A stretch of 63,984 nucleotides of DNA, the filler included, from Reticulomyxa filosa (Eukaryota; Protista; Foraminifera): the NCBI GenBank assembly GCA_000512085.1. It is 18 parts of 18 records of this genome, joined end to end, with 100 filler letters (N's around TTAATTAATTAA, not from the genome) between each part and the next. Parts side by side here need not be neighbours in the genome. Positions count along the whole stretch, not along the records: positions 25,134 to 27,226 come from ASPP01027286.1; positions 27,327 to 31,845 come from ASPP01043479.1; positions 31,946 to 34,684 come from ASPP01035154.1; positions 34,785 to 35,884 come from ASPP01012429.1; positions 35,985 to 38,838 come from ASPP01028475.1; positions 38,939 to 42,708 come from ASPP01014356.1; 12 more parts are not named here. One strand, 5' to 3'. The position numbers were made by a program, and so were the translations under genes. How positions within the stretch are numbered: the stretch's first letter is position 1; each line of letters opens with the position of its first letter. Positions 25,792-38,952 of this stretch are shown here, in pieces. The notes under the pieces are model-generated. The model searched no databases, had not been told where the DNA came from, and was given only the letters and a program-made list of their open reading frames with translations.

Positions 25792-27326
25792 CGAGAAAGC
25801 TTATCACATTGTATATTGTGTGCTACTTGCTGCGAGCACTCACAATTGGAATTAATGAGTGCAGTAAGTCGAACCTGAAAATCTGCCATCGAAGTAGAAG
25901 AGCGTATCGAAGAAGAGGCCAAAGCGCAGGCACGCATGACGAAGCAAATAACAAACATCGTCTGGACTATGGCTACGAAGGACACATTGATGAAGGCAGC
26001 AAAGACTGCGCATTCGTGCCGTCGCAAAAAAAAAAAAAACAAAACAAAAAAAATAATAATAAAAACATAAACACTATCGATTGCAGCAATTGCGATGATT
26101 ATTGTTGGTAACCAATTTAGTTTGTGATATAATAAAGATAGGATTGGCAGTGTTTTATCTGCAATTGACAAATTGACTGCAAGTGCATTTGTTTTATTAT
26201 TAAAAACGAGTACCAATTGATCTATTTTTAAGAGAAATGGATTACTATCAAATTTTTAAATTACAATGTCTATATCGCTGCGTACCTGTCTTAATCTTTT
26301 TCATAACACAATACAGTATTCAAAGCAATAACAATAATCTATCTTTTGATTACGAAAACATTTGAAAGTAAAATTGTTAGGTTAACTTCAATTTCGAATA
26401 GAAAAAGGCAAATTTTTCCTTTATTTATTCGTTGCTCGATATTGTTTCATTAAAAGAACAAAAATATCTTTTAAAATGCTAAGAAAATATTCACAACATA
26501 TGCATTTAAAGTTTGCGCTACTGTTTATTGTTTTTCAATTTATAATTTTCAATTGCAATTCATAAAAGCAGATAAAAGTGTTGAATATAAAATAATGACG
26601 GGAAAAACTAATAATTAAGTTGAGGAAATTTAAGAATAGATAGTTTTATTTTCTTCAACTCTTTTAGACATTCTATATTCGTCAGACAATAAAGAAATGG
26701 TTTTGACCTCTAACCACGGCTTTTCATCTGATAAATTCGCACATTTTAAGATGCTTTGATTTATGAAACACAAATGAGGACTCACGCTTAGATAATGGTA
26801 AGCTGATGGGAGACAATCCAAACTCTGTGAATATGACACAACATATTTGAAGGAGTTTATACACAAGATTAGCTACGAAACTTTGTTTGGTTAAAAAACT
26901 AATAGACAAGACTAAAGATAAGGTTATTAATTTTGATGAGTTTTTGGGCGCCTTTGTGGCAATTATAACCAAAAAACGATGACAGTGGACTTGGTAGAGT
27001 TGGGTATGTCGCTGTTGTTTGGTGTTGTCTTTTCTTCACTACTTTGGACTTTTTCAACTTCAATGCACTCGTGTTGCTGCATGATCTGAATCGCCATGTG
27101 TTGCCACTTTTCAAAAATGGTTGTGAATACGTAATGAGTAGGATCTAGCATATACATACGTATATGTATTGTAAGTATATATAATGTTACAATATATGAG
27201 CAAACAAACTATACAAAAAAAAAGGGNNNNNNNNNNNNNNNNNNNNNNNNNNNNNNNNNNNNNNNNNNNNTTAATTAATTAANNNNNNNNNNNNNNNNNN
27301 NNNNNNNNNNNNNNNNNNNNNNNNNN

Positions 27327-29790
27327 TATGTTGGTACACCCGTTGGTGAAGCAGTACGTTGGTCTTGTGTTGGAGAACCCGTTGGTGAATAAGTTATGCT
27401 CCGACAATCACTGACCGATGCTCCAACGAGTCAATGTTGGAGCGTTTGTTGGTGCATCAGTTGGAGAAAAGGTTGACGAGTATGTTGGAGCGCATGTGGA
27501 GATAGTTGTAGATGTTGGTGAGAACTTTGATGCATCGTTGGCGAATATGTTGGAGAAAAAGTTGGCGACTGTGCGGATGCATTGGTTGGTGATAAGTTGG
27601 TGAGTACGTGGGCGTATTAGAGCGCTCGTTGGTGAATATGTTGAAGGTCGCTTTATGTTGGTGTCAGTTGGGGAATGCTGGAGAAAACGTTGGCGCACCC
27701 GTTGGAGTATGTTGGTGATTGCGTTGGTTGGCGACTAGCGCATTCGTTGGTGAGTTGTCGGACTAATGTTGAAGCTACTGTTGGGGAATAGATTGGGAAG
27801 GTGGCGCGTCCGTTGGGACATTCATTGGCGAATAAGTGGGACTGAACGCTGGTGCATCAGTTGATGGATATGTTGGAGCACCCGTTGGTGAAAAGTTGGT
27901 GATTACGGACAATGTTGGGGGGCATTCGTTGGACAGGATGTCGGACTGTATGTAGGACTATATGTTGGTGAATATATCGGGCTGAACGTGGGTGCGTTTG
28001 TTGGACTGTCCGTTGGTGCGCTTGTCGGGCTGTAAGTGGGACTATAAGTTGGACTTTCCGTTGATTATTTGTTGGACTATACGTCGGGTTCGACGTCGGT
28101 GGATATGTTGGTGAATACGTCGGACTGAAAGTAGGAGTGTTTGTTGGACTTGGCGTTGGACTGTAAGTAGAAGCATTGGTTGGGCTTGGTGTTGGGCTGT
28201 CCGTTGGACTGAAAGTAGGTGCGTTCGTTGGATTATAAGTCGGATTGCTCGGCGGACTGTAAGTTGGATTGTTCGTTGGACTGAAAGAGGGTGCATTCGT
28301 CGGGCTATATGTTGGATTGGCTGTTGACTGTAGGTTGGCGCATTTGTTGGGCTATAAGTAGAAGCGTTTGTCGGGCTGTAAGTTGGAGCGTTTGTTGAGA
28401 ATATGTTGGCGCATTTGTTGGATTTGGTGTTGGGCTGTTTGTTGGACTTTCGGTCGACTATAGGTTGGGCTGTATGTTGGAGCGTTTGTTGGGCTCTCCA
28501 TTGAACTCTATGTTGGGCTGTAGGTCGGGGCACCTGTTGGAGAGTAAGTTGGAGCATTTGTTGGACCATAATTCGGACTGTATGTTGGAGCATTGGTTGG
28601 GTTTGGAGTCGGACTGTTTGTTGGACTAAAGTCGGGCTCTCCGTTGGGCTGTATGTCGGACTATAAGTCGGGCTATATGTCGGACTGTCGGTTGGAGAGT
28701 AAGTTGGAGCACCAGTTGGCGAGTATGTTGGGGAAGGTGTTGGAGAATAGGTTGGACTATTCGTTGGTGATGGAGTCGGTGAGTCAGTTGGAGCATCAGT
28801 TGGAGAATATGTCGGTGAGTACGATGGAGAATACGTTGGAGCGCCTGTTGGTGAGCCAGTTGGAGAAAATGTTGGCGAGTAAGTTGGTGACTGTGTTGGA
28901 GCATTCGTCGGTGACTCCGTTGGAGCGTTTGTTGGGGCGTTTGTTGGATAATAAGTTGGACTGTACGTTGGGGCGCCAGTTGGTGAAAAAGTCGGTGAAT
29001 AAGTTGATTGTTCGTGGGAGAGAAAGTTGGACTATAAGTCTGGCTATCCGTCGGTGAATGTGTTGGTGAGTTGGTCGGAGAGTACGTTGGACTGTACGTT
29101 GGAGCGCCAGTTAGTGAATACGTTGGAGAAAGTCGGACGTCTGTTGGTGATTGTGTCGGAGCGCTTGTTGGAGCACTAGCTGGGGAATAGGTTGGACTGA
29201 ATGTTGGAGCGCCTGTTGGAGAATACGTTGGCGAGTATGTTGGAGAAAATGTTGGTGCATCCGTTGGCGGGTAAGTAGTGGAATACGTTGGTGACTGTGT
29301 TGGCGCGTTAGTTGGTGACTCCGTTGGCGCATCTGTCTCTCCAACATATTCACAACTTTTTCACCGAATGTTGGTGCGCCCGTTGGCGAATATGTTGGAG
29401 AAAAATTTGGCGACTGCGTTGGTGCATTTGTTGGTGACTCTGTTGGGGCATTTGTTGGTGAATAAGTTGGACTGATGTCGGAGCATCAGTCGGTGAATAT
29501 GTTGGGGCCCCGTTGGGGAATAGGTTGGATAGAAGGTCGGGCTTTGTGTTGGGGCATCCGTTGGTGACTCCGTTGGAGAATAAGTTGGCGAGTGTGTCGG
29601 ATTAATGTTGGAGCTCCTGTTGGGGAATAGGTTGGAGAGAAGTTGGGGAAAACGTGGCGAAATGTTGGAGCGCTCGTTGGGGAATACGTTGGCGAATATG
29701 TCGGACTGAACGTCGGAGATTTCGTTGGAGAAAATGTTGGACGAATGTTGGTGGAACGTTGGGCATTATTTGGTGACGTGTCGGCGCGCT
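27327..29790 (-). repeat. Degenerate 12-bp-period coding repeat (gttgg every ~12 nt = xxPT tetrapeptides)
   Basis: Well over a hundred gttgg/gtcgg cores at about 12-nt spacing. Confidence 0.9.
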
Positions 29791-31230
29791 TGTTGGTGCC
29801 AAAGTTTCAATTTGTGTTGACCAGAAAGTTGATGTCATTTCTATATTCGGTCACGCTCCAAGTTGGGTTATCAAACAATTGATCATGCGCATCCGTTGTT
29901 GAATTTCCATGTTCGTCAAGCCCTAAGACTAAACATGTGTAATCCGTTGATTTTGTTAAAGTGCAACTCATGTAACGGAAACATGTATTGCCTTTAATCG
30001 CCCAAATCCAACTCTTTCTGCATCGCAAAGTGGAATGCCATGAGTATCGGGACCAGTTGAATCACAAATTGGATAAATGACTAATGATCGTGCAACTTCG
30101 AATATTTTGCCAGTGGTTTGATTGATGATTATCATCCACAATCACAAACAAGTCCATGTTGCCCGTTTGACAATGAGCTCCCGTAAAGTTGAGAATAGGT
30201 AATGATTTGATTGTTGGCGCCACAGTCGAAGTAAATGGTGTCACTTTTTTATTCACCCCGTCCTCCAATTCCAATCTGTTTCCTCTTGGATTTGTCCATT
30301 TTCTGAACCAACATCCATAAATAGAAGGAACTTTTGCACTGCCCAAGCTGATCAACTGTCCGGTAATGTAACTGTATACTGTCTCCTGCGATACCACAAC
30401 CAATAACATGCAACTTTCTCCCACATTTAACCGCAGCAAGTCCATGTTGTCCGATTTGAAAAATCGATGCGCTTCCAGTGGTTGTCCAATCAATGACATA
30501 TTATGAAAGACTTTTTCTTCGAAAAATGCCCAACAGATTACCGGGTCTTGGTCCGTATCACCAGTATTCAAAAAGTTGTTTCCGATACATTCGTCCCAAC
30601 AATTGTTTGTCCTTTGTTCGCTCATCAATAAAATCACACGCTTGATTCGAATAACATGCTTTGCTGATGCGTTGGCCATTGCTTTAGCAAGTTGCTTGGA
30701 AGTATTTGACCTATATCATATCAATTAAAAAAAAAATTTAATTGGGACATTTTAAAAAAATATTTTTAAAAAGGAATGTACCAGTATTGCATATCACAGC
30801 CAAAATTGATACGCATACCAAAATTCAGTGAATATCCAATCTGGAGTCATGCGGACGTAAACTTGGCCCAAGTTATTGAAATAACGAAATCTTGTTCCAT
30901 AATCTATGTAAATTTTTTTATTTTTAACCTTTATATGTAAAATTACATTTATATACGTAACCTTTTTGCGCAAAAAAAAAAATTATCCCCTTTTTCATTG
31001 TACGTTTTTGTTTTTTTGCTACTCTTTTGCTTGTAATTTTTTGAGGACACGAAATGAACACATTCATTAACTTTATGAATCGAAGTTGCTGATATAAGGT
31101 TCATCAAACTATAAAATAATAATTGATTGCACCTGTCTACCCTCCAGTTGTCACCATCGTGATCTAATTGTGAGCCGGTGCCTGATATTGCTATTCCAGG
31201 TGCTACTACGAGTCTCTTTGCAAAACCTTT
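27327..31230 (-). CDS. Putative cell-surface/secreted protein with globular N-terminal region and long Pro/Thr/Ser (xPT) mucin-like stalk; frameshifted, 3'-partial
   Basis: The minus strand reads [11 protein letters not shown]-type repeats over about 2.4 kb, preceded by non-repetitive exons at 29800-31230. Confidence 0.65.
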
Positions 31231-31945
31231 TTTTTAAACAAAAAAACAATTAATTTTTATTGAAAAAAGCTATGTTTTTTTTCGCAACATCATTATTTTT
31301 TTAAAAAAGAGTTTTTTAACTCAAGAAAAGTCAAAAAAAACTTATGCACACAAAAACAAAAAAAACAAGGAAAAGTTCTTGCAAGTTAACTGATGATAAC
31401 GCTAAATAGCAGCAAAAGAATTTTATTCATTGAAGTGTTTTCTTTTTTCGCAAACGAAATAACTTTTGTTAAGATTCAAAGCAAACAAAAGTTAAAATGG
31501 AAACAAAAAAAGGAAGATAGCAAAATGAAATGGTATAATAAACTACAAAAACAAGATAACGGAACACTAAAACTAAAACACACTAAAAGGGGGGCGTAGG
31601 GGGAGGAAAGTCTCGCTGGACAAAAAACAAATTGTTTAGTGCATTTTGGTTTGTTCCAGATGTAAATATATGGAAATTGTACTGTTTTCTAGGTTGTTTT
31701 TGTTTAGATCAGAACATGTATTTATTTAGCTTTGCATAAAGAAAAAAAAGTGTTATATACATTGAATACAACAAATATTTTCTTTAGCAATTTTTTTTGT
31801 ATTCAAATTTGTAATGAGACTATACCAAAACGTTCCCCTCAAAACNNNNNNNNNNNNNNNNNNNNNNNNNNNNNNNNNNNNNNNNNNNNTTAATTAATTA
31901 ANNNNNNNNNNNNNNNNNNNNNNNNNNNNNNNNNNNNNNNNNNNN

Positions 31946-34340
31946 TCATCATCACATCTTCCTCCTCCTGTTTTCATCTTCTTGTCTGCTGGTGATATCG
32001 GCTTGAGTTTCCCCACCAAATTGAGTCACGATATCGTAAGAAGAGTTCAATGCGAGAGTGTCTTACTCGACGGATCATATGTGATTATTTATTTCCTACA
32101 GCATCTGCGTGTTTTTCATTCATTTTTTTCTACCAAGCCAGCCGCTGCGGTTATTGCGATACCGCAATATCGATATCGTTTCCATTTTGAGAGATATTAT
32201 CACGCCTTTTTTTTTTTTCTTTCTTCTTGATAAGCTCGCCTTTGTAATCGGACAGCGCCAAGATCCAGACCGTCGACGATTGAACTGGGATATTTTTTTT
32301 TTTTTTTCCACTGTTCCGATGCAGGTACGAAATGGATACTTTCTAAATAACACATTCATGCACTCTCGTCACCCTTGTGATAAAAAACACACTTTGGTGA
32401 TGGACTCGAGAATTTCCAGCAACAACAATCATCCAAGGCCAATGTGTTCATTCACCAATTTTTGGATTGGTGATCTCGGTGAGCGATGATACCATTTGCA
32501 TGTTCTTTTTTGGACGTATTTTCTGTTGTTCTTCTTTCTTGCTTTCTTGAACGCCATCTAACACGTCGTCTGCCGAACTACCTCCATGACCGACTGTTGG
32601 CTGCTAAGATTATATGCTTTTTTCTGGCTCCATCGTCGCAAGACTTGTTTGCCTTGCATTTGTCGAATAATGCAACAAGTTCTTATTTATTCACGAATTG
32701 TTAATGTTCAATGTTGCTTGCGAGCTTACGATTTCTTTCATTAGCACACACACACATGATCCAAAATCCAAATTTGCGCATGTGCGCACGCACGCTCACG
32801 ACCAGTTTCGACATGAGCGCTCGATTTTTGCGTTTGGATTGTTGTGTTTATAAAAGTAGCGCTATTTCCATAATGACAGAGTTTCACTTGGTCATTGGCG
32901 CCTGTAGATCGCAGCTGGACACTATATTTGCGGATAATTGTTGGCATGGCAAAGCGCAAGAGACTTGTATCCGCATACACTGATGGCAAACAGGTTCTTT
33001 TAAATACTCCGTGCTAACACTGCTAGACACTGACATACTCTTTCAACGCTTTTCATTGAGGAACAATATGGGAAGTTAGTCTGCCCTGCGAGTGGCGACT
33101 TTGCGTGTTTCTAAGAGTAAGCAATTCCACAACTAGTAAAGCCAGCCGACTGGTTTGTTTTTTTTTTCTTCCCCTTTTAAAGAAATCATACTCTTTCTAC
33201 TCTTTTTCTTCTTGCTTGCCAGGTGTCTTGTGCGTTTCGAACGACTACATCGGTGGAATCATCCCATGAAAGATTGGTTCAATTTAGTGTGGTTTCCTCG
33301 ATCGCAATACCAAGTATTTTCTTTCTTCTTCATCGTTTTCAACTTCTTCGTCGACACAGTCGCTGCTGCCGTTGCTATATCATAATGTCGACATCGTTTT
33401 TACTTTGAGCGATATCACGTTTTCTTTTTTTCTTCCTGGCGAGTCTTGCTTTTTTTGTTCTCAGCAGCGCCAAGATCTAGCTTGTTTGGGATTGATCAGG
33501 AGAATCTTGCCAATTGCCCCCAACTCCATATTGCGATGTTTTCCAACTATGCCATCGTCGCTGTTGTAATGAAAATCCTACTTTGTCTTGATCGAATCGA
33601 CGTGATCATTTTCAATAAAGGAATGCACCATTTGCATATTCCATTTTACTATTAGATGTATTTGTCGTTCTTGTTTTTCTTGCTTTCTTAATTGGTATCC
33701 AATACGTCGTTCGTAGTTCCGGAAGCAGTTCTGTAAAGATAATAGAACAAGCGCAAGGCGCACAACTCTTGCAGAGATTAACTCTGAAAATTCAACTAGA
33801 TCACTTTCTTCGCCGATGAACAACGTCCAATGTTTCGCGAACTCAGATTCCAAGTTGCGAGTGCGCGAACACATACGATCCATTTCAGTACGAGTGCTCA
33901 GGTTCTACATTCACAAAATTAGAGCGTTTTTTATAACGACCGATTATTCAATGTTCGTTGGCGCATGTAGACCGCAGTTCGGCGTCTTCTTTGGGGCTGC
34001 GCCGAGCCAACAATTATCCGCAGATACTTTGTGCGCATCTATTGATGGCAAACGTTCTTTCCAATGTTTCGACTGCAACTACTTGAAATTGCCGCATATA
34101 TTTAGAAGTTTCAATCGGGACGCGATGTTTGAACAAAGTTAGCTCCATTCCAATAAAGACGAGTTCCATTGTTTGTTGGCTGCTATAGACGAAGTTCGAC
34201 TATTTGCAGCGCCAATATTGCCACTATATACTTGTGCGTCTACGTTGATGCAACAAGTTTTCCAAATCTTCTTACCACTGGCACAAACACTACTCCAAAG
34301 CGCGAAAACGCGCAAGTATGCTATCCATTCGATCGGAGCG
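31946..34340 (-). pseudogene. Degraded or low-quality gene with an internally duplicated domain
   Basis: Two related segments (about 32740-32990 and 33840-34055) encode LPS...LRST(G/C)AN(D/E)...AH(A/S)Q. Many stops and frameshifts. Confidence 0.35.
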
Positions 34341-34820
34341 ACTAGTCTCCTCTCATAATTGTCAATTTTTTTTTTTTAAAATCTTTTTTTTCCTTTTTCT
34401 TTTTTTCTTTTTTCTTTTATATCTTTTTAATATTTTTTCTTTTTTCCCTTTTGTCACATTGCTTTTTTTCTCTTTTTTCTTTTTTAATTTTTTCCTCATT
34501 TTAATCTTTTTTTTTCCTTTTTTTCACGATGTCATTTTTTTTTTTCATTTTTAAATTTTTTTTTCATTTTTTAATTTTCCATTCTTTTTAATTTTCTCAT
34601 TATTTTCTTAAATAAAAATTTTACGAACTTTTTTTCCCAAACCCTTTTCACTAACCCTTTTTTTCCCTCTATTAAACCCCCATCNNNNNNNNNNNNNNNN
34701 NNNNNNNNNNNNNNNNNNNNNNNNNNNNTTAATTAATTAANNNNNNNNNNNNNNNNNNNNNNNNNNNNNNNNNNNNNNNNNNNNCAGTCGCACCAACCGG
34801 CAGACATCCTCCATCGAATC

Positions 34821-35884
34821 TCAGAAGTCCGCAGAAAGCGAGACCAGTATCGTGCGCGGCGCGCCCATGGCCAGGCCGAACAGGGAGTTGGCCGACTCCC
34901 AGTAGTTGTTGTTGCCAACGTTCAGGACATTGAGCCTGGCGCTGAGCGGCCGGCCCTGCACCTCGAAGCCGTAGCGTGCGCCGACGTCGAAGCGGACCCA
35001 GCTGGGGATCTGCTGGGTGTTGGCGTTGTCGTAGTATTGTGCGCTGGTGTAGATCGTGCGGCCAGTCAGGGTGAGACCGCGCACCCAGGGCGTATCCCAT
35101 TCCAGGCCGACATTGATCTGCACGTCAGGCACGCCCGTGGCGACCTTGCCGTCGGTGAGAGCACTGCCGGTCTTCTGCAGGCGCCCCTGCAGGAAGGTCA
35201 CACCCCCCAGCACGCGTACCGCGTCGGTCAGCAACCCCATCGCATTCAGCTCGATGCCGCGATTGCGCTGCTCGCCGTCCGCCGTGAAGGTGTTGGTCGC
35301 CGTGTTGGCGATACCGCTGGGCTGGGTGATCTGGAACAGCGCGAGCGTCGTGATCAGGCGCCCCCAGTCGACCTTGGCGCCGACCTCGAACTGGTTCGAC
35401 ACGAAGGGTGGCAGGACCTGGCCCCCGTTGGCAAAGTTCGTGGGAACGATGCTGCCCGGCTGCAGGCCCTGCATGTAGCTTCCATAGAAGGAGACGTTCT
35501 CCCACGGCTTGAAGAGCACGCCGACAGCCGGCGTCAGCGCGCCGCTGGAATAGCTGCCGGTCCGTGCGCCCGTGACGTTGCTGTAGTTGTTGCTCTCGAT
35601 CTGCTGCTGGCGCAGCCCCCAGATCAACTGCACGCGGTCGTCCGCTCCCGACATCGTGTGGCCGAAACCGTAGCTGTAGGCAAGGGAATCGCTGGCGCGG
35701 TTGGGATTGAGGAACGGGACGTTGGGCGCCGCGACGAAGGTCGGCTTGTATATGTTGGAAGTGACGGTCGTCAGCGTCGGATACTGGTTCGACGTGACCG
35801 TGAACTGCCGGTTGGCGATCAGCGACACCTGATGGTGGATCGGCCCGGTGTCGAAGCGCCCGCGTATCCCGACCTCTTCGCTAT
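34821..35884 (-). CDS. Bacterial TonB-dependent (ferrisiderophore-type) outer-membrane receptor, C-terminal beta-barrel, 5'-truncated
   Basis: High GC and no introns. Motifs include SFYGSYMQGL, QFEVGAKVD, GEQRNRGIELN, RFDVGARY, NVGNNNYW, GAPRT and a C-terminal aromatic residue (SADF). Confidence 0.95.
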
Positions 35885-37992
35885 NNNNNNNNNNNNNNNN
35901 NNNNNNNNNNNNNNNNNNNNNNNNNNNNTTAATTAATTAANNNNNNNNNNNNNNNNNNNNNNNNNNNNNNNNNNNNNNNNNNNNGTTTTTTTTTTTTTTT
36001 TTTTTAAAAAAAAAACCAAAATATTTTGCATTTGTTAAAAAAGATTCAATCATTACAGTTTTAAAAAAAATTTCAAACTTTGTGTCCGTCGGTTGTTCGG
36101 TTGGAGGTTCCACCTTCTCCGCAACTATATTTGTGAGATAAGTAAGTTTGTAGGTGCAAATGTTTTACTTGTTATATAATTTCGTAACACACAATGCGTT
36201 CAGCGATTGCTTTGGATTTACATAAACACATACATGCCTTGGTTTTCTTGCTTCTCGGTTTCTGCGTTGGTGGCTGTGGCTTCTACTGCTGAAGAGGTGC
36301 CTGCATTTGCGTCGGGGACACTCGCCACATTGTCGTTGGATGCTTTTTCTTGTACTTCGGGCACTTTTTCTGTCGTGGACGATATGGTCGGATTTCCTTC
36401 ATTCTTTTTTTGTTTTGTGGAATCCGTGAGTATTACTTTTTTTTTGTTTATGTTCTCCTCTTTTTCAAAAAAAAATATTAGTCGCGTGGCTGTTTCTTTC
36501 TGGTGAACTCCTTTCTAACTAACTGTTGGATTTTGTCCATCAGCATAAGGTTTGTGACCATCTCCATCATTACTTTGGCTTTCTCTTGGGGTAACGGGAG
36601 GCGGTGCCGCACTGCCAAAACATTGACCCATGTTACTATTTGAGAAACAACAAAAACCCCTTTACAAAAGTTAGTTAAACGCATATTTACTTCAATATTT
36701 CTTTAACCAAGTGATTTTTTTCTAGCCTTTCTTTCATTTACAATTCTTCCCCCAATATAGTCCATTGTATTCAGACGTGTCATTGATCACAACTTATGGA
36801 CAATTCTTTTCTGAAGTATATTGTAAGATTTGTGCTATGCGTATATGTCTAAAGAACAAAAACATAATTATTGTTTTCTTGATTAAAACATTATAACATT
36901 CATTAACACCAAATCCAGGTCAGAATACTGCAAAATCTTAAAGCTATCAACAATCAAATAGTTTAAATGTAGAATTATTTTAAATCTAACACCAACAATA
37001 GACAAATCCAACAGTAATTTTTCTTCTGCGGTATATTGCAGAACTGAACCCTAAAATGCAATTTCATGAAAATGATCGATTTTCTCCGTGCAAAACATTT
37101 AAGCCTAATTTTTTAAACGCTATTATAAAATTTTTTGTTTTAAATTTTTTTTTTTTGAGTTGAATAAGTTATGGAAAAGGAATTGACCGACTTCGTTTAC
37201 ACTTGTTAGTGCCCTACCCTGCATACTCAAAAAGAACTAAGAAAAAAACGCAAAAAAAAGATCATTGCAAACAAAATAAAATAACACTAAATTAAAATCG
37301 AATTTTGGAAAAAGAATAAGCTTTACAAAGTGTCATTTTATGTGTTAATTCAATAAACGCAATATAAGAAGTTCCGTTGTGCTAATTAATATAAATGCAA
37401 ATTATACGCATTTTCGTAGATTTTCAAGATCATATGAAAGAATTTCAACAAATGCTCTAACAACGAAGGTGCCATGAACACCGTATTATTTCCAAACAAA
37501 TGGAAGTCCAGTCATCACCTATTAAAAATGAATGGAAATATAACAATTCAATATTGCATAACATATTCTGATAATTTTTGAGTTATCTTACAAACTTGGA
37601 CTATATTATATCAACACATCACCGGAGAACTCCAAAATTTTTCACAACATCCTTCTCTCTTGCACCTGTTTATACAATTTCATTGCATCACTCTATGTAC
37701 AGTAGTAGTGATTTTTTTCAAGTTTTAAACATTTTTATTTACTGACTTTTTTTTTAAGCTTGGTCCTCAAATGAATTACTTACACTTTTCTCAGACCAAT
37801 TGAAAATAAAATATTTTTTTTTTTTTTTTTTAACCCAGAGGTCATCACTTTTTTTAAAACACTTTAAAAAAAAAAAAAAAAAGACTACGTTAGAACCAGA
37901 GAACTAAGAAAATAAGAGGAGGTGAGTGAAAATCAAGTGCAAATTTTTCTGTAATAATTGCACATTTGCATATCACCTTGCAAAATTGGAGA

Positions 37993-38809
37993 GATGATAA
38001 CAGTGTCAAGGGAGATCATCCAACATTCAGTAGTGGATAAGTCGGACGCGTTAGCAATGGTCGGAGGAGGTCGCGACAGCCCAAGTGCAGACCACTTTGA
38101 AGCAAGTCAAGCAAAGCGACCGAAGCGCGTGGACAAGTTCGAGACGATGTCAACAGAAGAGTTGGAGGACAATAGCAGCGGTGACGAGAAGCAAGATTCG
38201 TCGCCACAGAACGGGAGTAGTATAAGTCCGGAGAAGAAGGAAGTGGAAAAGCGCAATGCCCCCTTGGCGACAGCAACAAAAATAACAACAACAACAACAA
38301 CAACAAAGGCAACAGTAGTAGCAGTAGTCGGAGACAAGAGAGGAGGAAGAGGAGGAGGAGGAGGAGGAGAAGACAGTAGCGACAAAGCGAAGAAAAATGG
38401 CAATGCAAAATCGAATAACAACGACTCAACTGATATCCCAAGTCGAGATAACAAAGAGTCGACCACTGCTTATTTCGGAAAGCAACAACTGAAGATCAAT
38501 GCTACGCCCGCTCCAACCAAGTCGGCTCTTTCGTCGATATTGGCCACCTCTTTGGTCGTCAAAGATGGCGACGACATCCTTTCCAACAATGCTAGCAATG
38601 CTAGCAATGCTAACAATGCCAATAAACCCAACTTGACTAACAACACAAGTGATAACAATCACTTGAACGCTCCTTGGAACTTGGGCCTAACCGTCCGCAC
38701 AGGCGGTCGTCATGCCGCCATCCCTCGCAAAAACAACGTCAGTGAGGAGATCGACAGCAGTGATGATGAAGACATGGGGTTATCCACTATGAGTTATTTT
38801 CTTTATTGA
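37993..38809 (+). CDS. Low-complexity hypothetical protein N-terminus (3'-partial)
   Basis: Long open frame with poly-T, poly-G and Asn-rich segments, running into an intron-like T tract at the contig end. Confidence 0.5.
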
Positions 38810-38952
38810 CAAAATAATACACTTTTTTTTTTTTTTTTNNNNNNNNNNNNNNNNNNNNNNNNNNNNNNNNNNNNNNNNNNNNTTAATTAATTAANNNNNN
38901 NNNNNNNNNNNNNNNNNNNNNNNNNNNNNNNNNNNNNNTTTTTTTTAAAAGT

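Noticed and set aside
27327-29790. CRISPR-like or telomeric array
   Set aside because: It has a degenerate 12-nt period with no constant repeat plus unique spacers, and is explained as Pro-Thr coding repeats.
31946-34340. Alternative genetic code (stop reassignment) to explain in-frame stops
   Set aside because: Intact genes read long frames in the standard code and end at TAA/TGA. The broken regions also contain frameshifts, which indicates decay or low-quality sequence.
34365-34684. Long T-rich tract as a regulatory element
   Set aside because: It looks like a low-quality read tail at a contig end.
34785-35884. Horizontal transfer of a TonB receptor into the host
   Set aside because: There is no host sequence on the contig, no introns and unameliorated GC.
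35037-35936. Long + strand ORFs overlapping the TonB receptor, and similar antisense ORFs over low-complexity genes
   Set aside because: These are shadow ORFs caused by high GC or by repeat codons on the opposite strand.
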